The position numbers and the translations under genes were made by a program. Under the pieces are notes generated by a model. That model did no database searches and was not told the DNA's origin. It worked only from the letters and a program-made list of their open reading frames with translations. Positions 1 through 10,845 of a stretch of DNA of 64,000 nucleotides are shown in pieces; the stretch's first letter is position 1; each line of letters opens with the position of its first letter. This stretch comes from Bacillota bacterium (lineage in GTDB: Bacteria; Bacillota; Sulfobacillia; JAIMAT01). The stretch lies in contig JAIMAT010000001.1 in the NCBI GenBank assembly GCA_023511835.1, positions 19,142 to 83,141 on the forward strand, in the 5' to 3' direction.

Positions 1-234
1 CTCGTGGATGGCCACCACCGGGGCGCCGCTCTCGCGCCCCAGCCGCAGCGCGTCACCCAGGTGGTCGAAGTGCCCGTGGGTGACCAGTACCGCGTCCGCC
101 TCGCGCCAGCCCCGGTAGCTCTCCGGGCAGGCCGGGTTCCCCTCCAGCCAGGGATCGATGAGCAGCCGACGGCCGCCGGGCGTGCGGACCAGCACGGCCG
201 CGTGGCCCAGCCAGGTGATCTCCAGCTCTGCCAT
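1..234 (-). CDS. MBL-fold metal-dependent hydrolase (UPF0173-like); start at 234, continues past the window start (partial)
   Basis: Minus-strand translation from ATG 234..232 gives MAELEITWLGHAAVLVRTPGGRRLLIDPWLEGNPACPESYRGW...VLVTHGHFDHLGDA (metallo-beta-lactamase HxHxDH motif). RBS GAGGAGGGG upstream. Confidence 0.6.
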   Translation of the reverse strand, partial: MAELEITWLGHAAVLVRTPGGRRLLIDPWLEGNPACPESYRGWREADAVLVTHGHFDHLGDALRLGRESGAPVVAIHE

Positions 235-243
235 GGCCAACGC

Positions 244-1410
244 TCACCCCTCCTCTCGCCGCTGCCGCTTCATACGACGGGGGGGAGGCGATTCCTCCGC
301 CGCGCCCCAGCGCACGGCCTGCGGGCCGAAGCGCGCCCGCAGCGCGTCCACCGTCCGCCAGAGCCGCTCCGGGCCGCCGCCCTGCCCGGTAAGGGAGAGC
401 TGCTCGGCGCGCGGCCGCTCCAGCCCGGACACCTGGATGCCCAGCAGGCGGACCGGCTCTCCCGCCCAGGCGCGCTCCAGGAGGAAGCAGGCTTCCCGGT
501 AGATGCGGTCGTCACCGGCCACCGGCTGCGGCAGCGTGCGGCTGCGGCTGCGCGTCCGGTAGTCGCCGGTGCGCAGCTTCAACGTCACCGTCCGCCCGGC
601 CAACCCGTGCGCGCGCAGGCGCGAGCCGACGGCCTGGCTGAGGAGCGCCAGGCGGCGGAGGAGCTCCTCGCGCCGGCGCAGGTCGCGGGGGTAGGTCTCC
701 TCCTCGCCCATGGACCTGGCCTCGCCGCGCGGCGCCACGGGCCGGTCGTCCTCGCCGAAGGCGAAGCGGCGCACCTCCTCGCCGCGGCGGCCGAACCGCC
801 CGAGGAACCAGGCGGCGGGCCGGGAGCGCAGGTCGGCCACCGTGCGGACGCCCTCCCGTTCCAGGGCGGCGGCGGTGCGGGGACCGATGCCCCAGAGGCG
901 TCCCACCGGCAGCGGCGCCAGAAAGGCGGCCACCTCCTCCGGGGCCACCACGCGCAGGCCGTCGGGCTTGGCCAGGTCGGAGGCGATCTTGGCCACCAGC
1001 TTGTTGGGGGCGACGCCGACGGAGACCGCCAGGCCGACCTCGCGCCGCACCTGCGCGCGCAGCTCCGCGGCCAGCCGCTCCGCCTCCGCCGCCGGCACCT
1101 CCAGGAAGGCCTCGTCCAGGCTGAGCGGCTCGACGACGGGGCTGAAGCGGCGGAAGACGGCGAACATGCGCTCGGAGACCTCCCGGTAGCGCTCGTGCCG
1201 CCCCGGCAGAAAGACCGCCTGCGGGCAGAGCCGGCGCGCGGTCGCCATGGGCATGGCGGAGCGGACGCCGAAGCGGCGCGCCTCGTAGGAGCAGGTGGCC
1301 ACCACGCCGTGCGGTCCCAGGCCGCCCACCACCACCGGCTTGCCGGCCAGCTCCGGCCGGTCCAGCACCTCCACGGCGGCGAAGAAGGCGTCGGCGTCGC
1401 AGTGGAGGAC
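244..1410 (-). CDS. dinB: DNA polymerase IV (Y-family translesion polymerase)
   Basis: ORF 244..2637 contains VLHCDADAFFAAVEVLDRPEL...VSVGVAPNKLVAKIASDLAKPDGL...GIGPRTAAAL, the canonical DinB N-terminus and motifs. Start chosen at the GTG for VLHCD (~1410), downstream of the moeB-like stop at 1452. Confidence 0.85.
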   Translation of the reverse strand, partial: VLHCDADAFFAAVEVLDRPELAGKPVVVGGLGPHGVVATCSYEARRFGVRSAMPMATARRLCPQAVFLPGRHERYREVSERMFAVFRRFSPVVEPLSLDEAFLEVPAAEAERLAAELRAQVRREVGLAVSVGVAPNKLVAKIASDLAKPDGLRVVAPEEVAAFLAPLPVGRLWGIGPRTAAALEREGVRTVADLRSRPAAWFLGRFGRRGEEVRRFAFGEDDRPVAPRGEARSMGEEETYPRDLRRREELLRRLALLSQAVGSRLRAHGLAGRTVTLKLRTGDYRTRSRSRTLPQPVAGDDRIYREACFLLERAWAGEPVRLLGIQVSGLERPRAEQLSLTGQGGGPERLWRTVDALRARFGPQAVRWGAAEESPPPRRMKRQRREEG

Positions 1411-1451
1411 GGCGCGCGCGCCGCCCCCCGCCCCGGCGCCGTCCGGCGCGC

Positions 1452-2624
1452 TCACGGCCTTGCTTCCTCCTCCCGCTCCAGCGGAAGCCCGGCCAGCTCC
1501 CAGGCGAGGAGGCCTCCCGCCAGGTTGTAGGCCTCGAAGCCGCGGCCGCGCAGGAGCCGCACCGCGCGGGCGCTGCGCGGGCCGGTGAAGCAGGCCGCCA
1601 CCAGCGGCCGCCCGCGCTCCAGCTCGCCCAGGCGGGCGGGCAGCTCGTCCAGCGGGATCAGGCGCGCCCCGGGGATGCGCATCTCGGCGAACTCCCACGG
1701 CTCGCGCACGTCCAGGAGCCCGGCCTCGCCCCGGCTCAGCCGGCGCCACGCCTCCTCCGGCTCCAGCTCCGGCACCGGTCCGGCCTCCTCCGGCGGCGCG
1801 TCGGCATCCCCGCCTCCCAGGCCGCAGAACGCCTCGTAGTCGACCAGCTCGCGGATGACCGGGTGGTCGCCGCAGGCGGGGCAGTCCGGGTTCCGCTCCC
1901 AGGCCAGCTCCTCGAAGTCGCCCGCCAGCGCGTCGTAGAGGAGGAGGCGCGAGACCAGCGGGCGGCCAGCGCCCAGCAGCAGCTTGATCGCCTCCACCGC
2001 CTCCAGGCTGCCCAGCACGCCCGTCACCGCCCCCATCACGCCGGCCTGGGCGCAGCTGGGCACGCTGCCGGGCGGCGGCGGCGAGGGGAAGAGGCAGCGG
2101 TAGCAGCCCCGCCCCGGCTGGAAGACCGTCACCTGCCCCTCCCAGCGGAGCGCGCTGGCGTCGACCCACGGCTTGCCGAGGAGGACGCAGGCGTCGCTGA
2201 GCAGGTAGCGGGTGGGGAAGTTGTCCGAGCCGTTGACCACCAGGTCGTAGCCGGCGAGCAGCTCCAGCGCGTTCTCGCGGCGGAGGGCGACCGGGTGGAC
2301 GGTCACCTCCACGCCGGGGTTGAGCGCCTTGAGCCGCTCCCGGGCCGACTCCACCTTGGGCCGGCCCACGTCGGCGGTGGCGTGCAGGATCTGCCGGTGG
2401 AGGTTGGTGATCTCCACCCGGTCGCCGTCCACCAGCCCGATGCGCCCCACCCCGGCCGCCGCCAGGTAGAGCGCCGCCGGGGAGCCGAGCCCTCCCGCGC
2501 CCACCACCAGCACAGAGGCCTGGCGCAGGCGCTCCTGCCCCTCCCGGCCCACCTCGGGCAGGATGACCTGCCGGGCGTAGCGCCGCCCGTCGGAAGCAGG
2601 CGCGGCCGCGCCCACGCCTCCCAC
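1452..2624 (-). CDS. MoeB/ThiF-family adenylyltransferase with a C-terminal rhodanese domain (MoeZ/CysO-activating type)
   Basis: 390-aa ORF with RYARQVILPEVGREGQERL...VVGAGGLGSPAALYLAAAGVGRIGLVDGD (E1-like Rossmann fold), CYRC...CPAC zinc motifs and a C-terminal rhodanese-like domain (...LVAACFTGPRSARAV...). Confidence 0.85.
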   Translation of the reverse strand: MGGVGAAAPASDGRRYARQVILPEVGREGQERLRQASVLVVGAGGLGSPAALYLAAAGVGRIGLVDGDRVEITNLHRQILHATADVGRPKVESARERLKALNPGVEVTVHPVALRRENALELLAGYDLVVNGSDNFPTRYLLSDACVLLGKPWVDASALRWEGQVTVFQPGRGCYRCLFPSPPPPGSVPSCAQAGVMGAVTGVLGSLEAVEAIKLLLGAGRPLVSRLLLYDALAGDFEELAWERNPDCPACGDHPVIRELVDYEAFCGLGGGDADAPPEEAGPVPELEPEEAWRRLSRGEAGLLDVREPWEFAEMRIPGARLIPLDELPARLGELERGRPLVAACFTGPRSARAVRLLRGRGFEAYNLAGGLLAWELAGLPLEREEEARP

Positions 2625-2747
2625 CCCCCGGCCCCATAGTAGCGGGCCCGGCCTTGGCAGGCGTACCGCGGCGAGGATACGTTGGGAGGACCGTCAGGGG
2701 CGGGGTGATCCTCCCGGCCGCCGCACGCCCCGGGGAAGGGAGAGCGA

Positions 2748-3701
2748 TTGGAGTATCGCCACCTGGGCCGGAGCGGCCTGCGCGTCAGCGAGATCGGCCT
2801 CGGCTCCTGGCTCACCTACGGAGGAAGCACCGGCCGGCAGGAAGCCCTGGCCTGCATCCGGCGTGCGTACGAGCTGGGCGTCAACTTCTTCGACACCGCC
2901 GACGTCTACCAGGGTGGCGAGGCCGAACGCGTGCTCGGCGAGGCACTGCGCGGACTGCCGCGCTCCTCCTACGTCCTGGCCACCAAGGCCTTCTGGCCCG
3001 TGGGGGAGGGCCCCAACGACCGCGGACTCTCGCGCAAGCACCTCGTGGAGTCGCTGGAGGGCAGCCTGCGCCGCCTGGGCGTCGACTACGTCGACCTCTT
3101 CTACTGCCACCGCTTCGACCCGGAGACGCCGCTGGAGGAGACGCTGCGCGCCCTGGAGGACATGCAGCGCCAGGGCAAGGTGCTCTACGCCGGGGTGAGC
3201 GAGTGGAGCGCCCAGCAGATGGCCGAGGCGCTCCACATCCAGCGCAGCCGCGGCTGGGCGCCCATCGTCGCCGACCAGCCGCACTACAACCTGCTGGCGC
3301 CGGAGATCGAGGAGGAGATCCTCCCCTTCTGCGCCCGCGAGGGCGTCGGCGTGGTCGCCTACTCGCCGCTGGCCCAGGGGGTCCTGGCCGGCCGGTACCG
3401 CCCGGGCGAGCGGCCTCCCGCCGACAGCCGCGCGGGCCGGAGCGGCCCGGCAGGCTCCATGGCGCGCTACCTGGAGCCCGAGGCGCTGGAGCGGGCCGGG
3501 CGTCTGGCGCGCCTGGCCGCCGAGGCCGGCCTCAGCCCCGCCCGCTTCGCCCTGGCCTGGGTGCTGCGCCGGCCCGAGGTCTCCTCGGCGCTGGTGGGCG
3601 CCAGCCGGCTCGAGCAGGTGGAGGAGAACGTCTCGGCCTCCGGCCTCCGCCTGCCGGAGGAGCTCTGGGAGCAGGCCCGCAACCTCGCCGCCGGCTTCTG
3701 A
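2748..3701 (+). CDS. aldo/keto reductase family oxidoreductase
   Basis: MEYRHLGRSGLRVSEIGLGSWLTYGG...VNFFDTADVYQGGEAERVLGEAL...VDLFYCHRFDPETPLEETL: AKR signature throughout the 317-aa ORF. Confidence 0.85.
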   Translation: MEYRHLGRSGLRVSEIGLGSWLTYGGSTGRQEALACIRRAYELGVNFFDTADVYQGGEAERVLGEALRGLPRSSYVLATKAFWPVGEGPNDRGLSRKHLVESLEGSLRRLGVDYVDLFYCHRFDPETPLEETLRALEDMQRQGKVLYAGVSEWSAQQMAEALHIQRSRGWAPIVADQPHYNLLAPEIEEEILPFCAREGVGVVAYSPLAQGVLAGRYRPGERPPADSRAGRSGPAGSMARYLEPEALERAGRLARLAAEAGLSPARFALAWVLRRPEVSSALVGASRLEQVEENVSASGLRLPEELWEQARNLAAGF

Positions 3702-3765
3702 GCGCGCGACCGCCGGCCGACCGGTGCGCGCGCCCCGGCTCGGCGGGAGGCCGGCGGGAGGTCGG

Positions 3766-4104
3766 TCAGCGGGCCTCCCCGTCCGCCGCCTCCCCGCCCG
3801 CCGGCGCCCCCTCCCGGGCAGCGCCCGCCTTGCCGGCGCGGTCGTAGGGGGAGTTGCCGTAGCGCGGCCGGCCTCCGCCGGTCGGCCCCGCGGGCCGGGC
3901 GGAGCCGGAGGGCGCCACGGTCGCCGCCGTCGCCTCCCAGGCCGCCTGCGCCACCTCGCCGCCGGCCGCACGCTCGCCGTAACCGGGGGTGGCCAGGTCC
4001 TCCCCGGCCTGCGCCCCCCCTTGCGCGCGGGCAGCGTCGCGAGGGCCGGGCCTCTCCCGGCCGGGGCGCTGCGCTCCGACAGGGGCGGCTTCCTTTTCCG
4101 TCAT
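3766..4104 (-). CDS. hypothetical small Ala/Gly/Pro-rich protein
   Basis: ORF 3766..4113 has an internal ATG (MTEKEAAPVG...) preceded by a strong RBS GGAGGTG at 6-nt spacing. No recognisable domain; the composition resembles high-GC noise, so confidence is low. Confidence 0.3.
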   Translation of the reverse strand: MTEKEAAPVGAQRPGRERPGPRDAARAQGGAQAGEDLATPGYGERAAGGEVAQAAWEATAATVAPSGSARPAGPTGGGRPRYGNSPYDRAGKAGAAREGAPAGGEAADGEAR

Positions 4105-4182
4105 CCGGACCACCTCCGCGGGCCGTCGCCGGCCCGCGCGCTCTAGCCTGCCCGGGGCCGTCCCCGCCTATGGCGACCCCGC

Positions 4183-6105
<1,923 letters not shown>

Positions 6106-6254
6106 CGTATCGGACCTCCCCGGGGCTTGGCGCCGGCGCCCTCCCCGCTGGCGGGCGGCGCCGGCAACTGCTAGTGTGAAAGCATACCGGTGCCGGGCCT
6201 CGCCGGGAGGAGGTCGGCATCGGCCTTCTTGGATGAGTAGGAGGTTTCGCCCCC

Positions 6255-7898
6255 GTGGCCATCCAGAGTTTCTCCGAGTTGAACCTGAAACCCGAGCTTT
6301 TGCAGGGCATCGTGGCGATGGGCTTCGAGACGCCGACGCCGATCCAGTCCGAGGCGCTGCCCATCGCGCTGGAGGGGCGGGACCTGATCGGCCAGGCGCA
6401 GACGGGTACGGGCAAGACGGCCGCCTACGGGATCCCCATCCTGCAGCGCCTGGAGCCTGACCGCCCGGTCCAGGCGCTCATCCTCTGCCCGACGCGCGAG
6501 CTGACCATCCAGGTGGCCGAGGAGCTGACGCGCATCGGCCGCTTCCTTCCGGCGCGGGCGCTCCCCGTCTACGGCGGGCAGGCCATCGAGCGGCAGATCC
6601 ACGCGCTGCGGCAGGGGCCGCCCGTCGTGGTGGGCACGCCGGGGCGCCTCCTGGACCACCTGCGGCGGGGGACGCTCTCGCTGGACGGGATCCGCTTCCT
6701 GGTGCTGGACGAGGCGGACGAGATGCTGGACATGGGCTTCATCGACGACGTGGAGGCCATCCTGGCGGAGACGCCGTCGGAACGGCAGACCATGCTCTTC
6801 TCGGCGACGGTGCCGGAGGCGGTCGAGAGGCTGGCGCGGCGGTTCCTGCGCGATCCGGCGCGGGTGCGCGTGGCGGCGCCGACGCTGACGGTGCCCGCCG
6901 TCGAGCAGTACTGGGTGGAGGTGCGCGACCGGGAGAAGCTGGAGGCGCTCTGCCGCTTCCTGGACGTGGAGGACCCGGGCATGGCGCTGGTCTTCTGCCG
7001 CACCAAGCGCGGAGTGGACGAGCTGGCCGACCACCTGCAGGAGCGCGGCTACCTGGCCCAGGCGCTCCACGGCGACCTCAGCCAGCGCGAGCGGGACCGC
7101 GTCATGGCCCAGTTCCGCTCCGGCCAGGTGGAGATCCTGGTGGCCACGGACGTGGCCGCGCGCGGCCTCGACATCGAGGGCGTCGACTACGTCTTCAACT
7201 ACGACATCCCCCAGGACCCGGAGGTCTACGTTCACCGCATCGGGCGGACCGCCCGCGCGGGGCGGAGCGGCGTGGCCATCACCTTCGTCACCCCGCGCGA
7301 GCGGAGTCTCCTCCGGCTGATCGAGCGGCTCACCCGCGCGCGCATCGAGCGGCGCGCCGTGCCGACGGTGGCCGAGGTGCGCGAGCGCCACTTCCGGGCG
7401 CTGGCCGACCGGGTGCTGGACGCCCTGGAGCCGCGCCAGGAAAACGGCGCTGAGGCGGCCGAGGGGGAAGAGCCGCGCGAGCCCGACCTGGCGCCCTACG
7501 CCCGCATCGCTCACGAGCTCCTGGAGCAGTACGAGAGCGAGCGGGTGGTCGCCCAGCTGCTCCGCATGCTGGACACGGGGGTGCGCGCCGGCTCGCTGGC
7601 CGACGAGGAGGCCGAGGAGGAGCCGGCCGCCTTCGGCGATACCGGCGCGGAGCCCGGCATGGTCCGGCTCTTCATCGACATCGGCCGCCGGGACCGCGTA
7701 CGGCCGGGCGACATCGTCGGCGCCATCGCCGGCGAGTCGGGCATCCCGGGGAGCGTCATCGGCCGCATCGACATCTACGACCGCTTCACCTTCGTGGAGG
7801 TGCCGCAGGAGCACGCCGCCCGCGTCCTCCGGGCGATGCGCGACAACCAGATCCGGGGCAAGTCGGTCAACATCGAGCCGGCGCGCCGGGAGCGCTAG
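6255..7898 (+). CDS. DEAD-box ATP-dependent RNA helicase (CshA/DeaD-like) with C-terminal DbpA-type RNA-binding domain
   Basis: Q-motif and motif I ([39 protein letters not shown]), DEAD (VLDEADEML), [11 protein letters not shown](A)G. C-terminal ...[49 protein letters not shown] start with RBS TAGGAGG. Confidence 0.9.
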   Translation: MAIQSFSELNLKPELLQGIVAMGFETPTPIQSEALPIALEGRDLIGQAQTGTGKTAAYGIPILQRLEPDRPVQALILCPTRELTIQVAEELTRIGRFLPARALPVYGGQAIERQIHALRQGPPVVVGTPGRLLDHLRRGTLSLDGIRFLVLDEADEMLDMGFIDDVEAILAETPSERQTMLFSATVPEAVERLARRFLRDPARVRVAAPTLTVPAVEQYWVEVRDREKLEALCRFLDVEDPGMALVFCRTKRGVDELADHLQERGYLAQALHGDLSQRERDRVMAQFRSGQVEILVATDVAARGLDIEGVDYVFNYDIPQDPEVYVHRIGRTARAGRSGVAITFVTPRERSLLRLIERLTRARIERRAVPTVAEVRERHFRALADRVLDALEPRQENGAEAAEGEEPREPDLAPYARIAHELLEQYESERVVAQLLRMLDTGVRAGSLADEEAEEEPAAFGDTGAEPGMVRLFIDIGRRDRVRPGDIVGAIAGESGIPGSVIGRIDIYDRFTFVEVPQEHAARVLRAMRDNQIRGKSVNIEPARRER

Positions 7899-8262
7899 GC
7901 GGCGGGCCCGCGCCCGGCGCCCGGGGGCCGGCTCCCCTCCCCGCGGGCGCGTCGGGCTCGACCAGGAGGGAGAAGCCGGCGCGGCCGGTGACGCGCACCC
8001 GTTCGCCCGGGGCGAGGTTGCCGGCCGCCGTGCCGCGGGCGCTCCAGACCTCGCCCCCGGGTTCGAGGCGGACGAGGCCCGCCCGCCCGGGGCGGGGCGA
8101 GCGGAGGAGCCGGCCCGCCCGCGGGAGGTCGGCCTCCGCGCCCGGCGTGCCGCGCGGCGCGCCTCCCTGCGTGAGACGGCGCAGGCGGGCCTCGCCGCGG
8201 AGCGAGAGCCAGCCCAGGAGCGCCGCCGCCAGCAGGAGCAAGAAGCCCTCCATCCCGGCCAC
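7867..8262 (-). CDS. NfeD-like short membrane protein (N-terminal TM helix plus OB-fold beta-barrel)
   Basis: N-terminal hydrophobic helix MEGFLLLLAAALLGWLSL, then GLVRLEPGGEVWSARGTAAGNLAPGERVRVTGRAGFSLLVEP, which matches the NfeD C-terminal pattern (G.V.l.p.GeVw.A......i..G..V.V....G..L.VeP). [12 protein letters not shown]. The 3' end overlaps the convergent helicase by ~32 bp. Confidence 0.45.
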   Translation of the reverse strand: MAGMEGFLLLLAAALLGWLSLRGEARLRRLTQGGAPRGTPGAEADLPRAGRLLRSPRPGRAGLVRLEPGGEVWSARGTAAGNLAPGERVRVTGRAGFSLLVEPDAPAGRGAGPRAPGAGPPPSAPGAPARC

Positions 8263-8369
8263 CGCCTACGGCCCCCTCCCGCCCCTGCCTCGCTTCGTCC
8301 CGCGCGGCGGCAGCTCCTCCCGCCGGGCCGGCGGGAGGGGTGCGCCGCGCGGAGGCGAAGAAGCCGTAC

Positions 8370-10145
8370 ATGAGCCTGCCCGGTACAAGCCTTCCGGCCC
8401 CGGCGCCGCGACCCCTGCCGCGCTCGCGCCTCCTCTGGCTGGCCCTTCCGGTCGCGCTCCTCCTGGCGCTCGCCGCCTGGTTCCTCTGGCCCCTGCCGCG
8501 CCTCTCCTGGGCGCCCGCGGGGGGCGCCGTGCTGGTGGAGGGCAGCGAGCGTGCAGAGGTGCAACCCTGGGTGGCGGGGAGCGGGGCGGAGGCGAGCGTC
8601 TTCCTCCCCCTCGCCTGGGTGCGGAGCCGGCTCGACCCCCACATCGTCTGGGACTCGGCCGCGGGCCAGGTGATCGTCACCCGTCCGCAGGCGGTCTACC
8701 GGCTGCCGCTGCGCTTCCCCGTCGTCCTGCACGACGGCCAACCGTGGATGGAGCTGGATCTCCTCCGCCGCCTCTACGGCGCATCCCTGGCCTGGGTGCC
8801 GCAGAGCCGCACGGTGGTGGCGGATCCGGACGGCGCCGCCTACGCCGCCGGGCAGGTGCGCGGCTCGGGCGCGGTTCCGCTGCGGGCGCGACCGGCTTGG
8901 CGCAGCGGCAGTTACGCCAGCCTGGCGCCGGCCACTCCGCTGCTGGTGCTGCGGCAGTCCTCGCTCTGGCTTGAGGTGCGCGACCCCCAGGGCCGCCTGG
9001 GCTGGCTGCCCATCTGGCGCGTCCGCCTCGGCGGCGGCCGCGTCGCCCGGGCCGGTCAGCCGGCGGGGCTGGAGAGCCCGGCCGCGGCGGGAGGGAGCGG
9101 CGCGCCGCCCGCGCTGCCCGCCTGGGCCCCGCACCCGCCCGGGACGGCCGCCGGCGCCGCGGCCGGGCCGGTCATCCCGCCGGGAGAGCGGCTCAACCTG
9201 GCCTTCGCCATGGTGACGCAGAAGGATCTGCCCGCCCTGCCCCCGGCGGCGCCGCCCGGCGTCAACGTCCTGGCGCCCACCTGGTTCGAGCTGGCCGACG
9301 CCGGCGGCGACGTGGCCAACCTGGGCTCGGTGGTGGTGGTCAACGCCGCCCACCGGGCCGGCCTGCAGGTCTGGGCGGTGGTGACCAACAGTTTCGACCC
9401 GCTGCGGACCCACGCCTTCCTGGTCAGCGCGGCGGCACGGCAGCGCTTCGTCGCCGCCCTCCTCGACCTGGCGGCGCTCTACGGGCTGGACGGGATCAAC
9501 CTGGACTTCGAGAACGTGCAGGCGGCCGACGGCCCGCTCTACACCCAGCTGGTGCGCGAGCTGGTGCCTCCGGCCCACGCCCGGCGGCTGACCGTCAGCG
9601 TGGACGTGGCGGTGGTGGGCGGCTCCTCCAGCTGGTCGGCCTTCTTCCAGCACGCCGAGCTGGCGGCCAGCGCCGACTTCCTGGTACTGATGGCCTACGA
9701 CCAGTACTGGAGCGGCTCGCCGGTGGCCGGGCCGGTGGCGGCGGTCGACTGGACGGAGACGCAGCTGCGGCAGGCGCTGCAGAAGGTGCCGGCCGAGCGG
9801 CTGCTGCTGGGCGTCCCCTTCTACACCCGCGTCTGGACGGAGAGCCCGACGGCGGGCGGAGGCTCCAAGCTCACCTCGACGGCCGTCTCCACCGCCCAGG
9901 GCTGGAGGCTGGCGGCAGAACACGGCGTGCAGCCCGTCTACGACCCGCGCACCGGGGAGTACGTGGCCCGCTACCGGCAGGGGGCGGCGCAGGTCAGCCT
10001 CTGGCTGGACGGGCCGCGCACGTGGCAGGCGCGCGTCGACCTGGTCCGCCGCTACCGGCTGGCCGGCGTGGCCAGCTGGCAGATGGGCTTCGCCACGGGC
10101 GACCTCTGGAGCGCGCTCCAGGGCATTCAGCAGCCGCCTTACTGA
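8370..10145 (+). CDS. glycoside hydrolase family 18 protein (YaaH/YdhD-like spore peptidoglycan hydrolase type) with N-terminal membrane anchor and copper-amine-oxidase-N-like domain
   Basis: GH18 catalytic motif LDGINLDFENV (DxxDxDxE), MAYDQYW and GVPFYTRVW. N-terminal signal/TM LLWLALPVALLLALAAWFLW and a domain like ASVFLPLAWVRSRLDPHIVWDSAAGQVIVT. An alternative GTG start at 8340 sits directly against a GGGAGGGG run. Confidence 0.75.
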   Translation: MSLPGTSLPAPAPRPLPRSRLLWLALPVALLLALAAWFLWPLPRLSWAPAGGAVLVEGSERAEVQPWVAGSGAEASVFLPLAWVRSRLDPHIVWDSAAGQVIVTRPQAVYRLPLRFPVVLHDGQPWMELDLLRRLYGASLAWVPQSRTVVADPDGAAYAAGQVRGSGAVPLRARPAWRSGSYASLAPATPLLVLRQSSLWLEVRDPQGRLGWLPIWRVRLGGGRVARAGQPAGLESPAAAGGSGAPPALPAWAPHPPGTAAGAAAGPVIPPGERLNLAFAMVTQKDLPALPPAAPPGVNVLAPTWFELADAGGDVANLGSVVVVNAAHRAGLQVWAVVTNSFDPLRTHAFLVSAAARQRFVAALLDLAALYGLDGINLDFENVQAADGPLYTQLVRELVPPAHARRLTVSVDVAVVGGSSSWSAFFQHAELAASADFLVLMAYDQYWSGSPVAGPVAAVDWTETQLRQALQKVPAERLLLGVPFYTRVWTESPTAGGGSKLTSTAVSTAQGWRLAAEHGVQPVYDPRTGEYVARYRQGAAQVSLWLDGPRTWQARVDLVRRYRLAGVASWQMGFATGDLWSALQGIQQPPY

Positions 10146-10678
10146 GCGCGCGGGGACGACCCTGACCCGCCGTCCGGGGCGGCCGGGGAGCGCGGCGCCC
10201 CGGGGAGGAAGACGTGGATCCAGCCCTCCTCCTCGCGGCAGCGGAGCCCTGGAAGCCGCTCCCGGCCGCCGCCCAGGCGGACTCCTTCCGGCCCGTAGAG
10301 GGCGCCGCAGCCGGGGCAGCGGAAGAGCGATTCCTCCTGGCGCCACTGGACGAATCGTCGGTCGACGGGACAGACGCCCTCCAACGCCCGGGGAGGGCCG
10401 CCGGGTTCCGGGCGCAGCACGTAGACCGCCCGTCCCTCGGCCACCCGCAGGCGCGGCTCCGCCGTCACCGCCGCCGAGGGTAGGAGCCGCTCCCAGCGCC
10501 CGCCAGCCAGCGCCTCCGCCAGCTCCAGCGGCCGCTCCATCTCGCCGCCTGCTCCCGCCTGGCGGGTGAAGTTCTCCACCGTCTGGGCGAGCGAGGCCAG
10601 CAGGATGCGGAAGAAGTCCTTGCGGCCGGTGCGGCGCTGCAAAAGGTCGTCCGGCTCCCCTTCCCGCCGCTCCTCCAC
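10139..10678 (-). CDS. hypothetical Cys-containing protein (Rieske-like/zinc-ribbon-like C-terminal region)
   Basis: 179-aa ORF with GTG start. N-terminal ...LLQRRTGRKDFFRILLASLAQTV (RR-plus-hydrophobic stretch, Tat-like) and C-terminal VCPVDRRFVQWRQEESLFRCPGCGALYGPEG...LRCREEEGW. No confident family assignment. Confidence 0.35.
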   Translation of the reverse strand: MEERREGEPDDLLQRRTGRKDFFRILLASLAQTVENFTRQAGAGGEMERPLELAEALAGGRWERLLPSAAVTAEPRLRVAEGRAVYVLRPEPGGPPRALEGVCPVDRRFVQWRQEESLFRCPGCGALYGPEGVRLGGGRERLPGLRCREEEGWIHVFLPGAPRSPAAPDGGSGSSPRAQ

Positions 10679-10845
10679 CCCCGCGACCCCCCGCGCTTCC
10701 GACCCGGCCGGCGCCCGCCGATCGTCGGCGGGGAGCCGGTGCGGCCGTCCGTCTCCCGCATTCTACCGCCGCGCGGCGGCGCCGGGGGTCGCTCGGCGGG
10801 GCCGCGCGGCGGAGGTGGTAGAGTTCTCGCCGAGGGGGTAGAGGG

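Noticed and set aside
6171-10346. 1391-aa minus-strand ORF spanning the helicase, NfeD-like and GH18 genes
   Set aside because: Arg/Ala/Gly/Pro-rich low-complexity translation with no domain; antisense to well-supported genes. This is the classic high-GC phantom ORF, and the same applies to 4..1530(+), 13417..16035(-), 38808..42899(+), 46145..49285(+) and 16856..19063(+).
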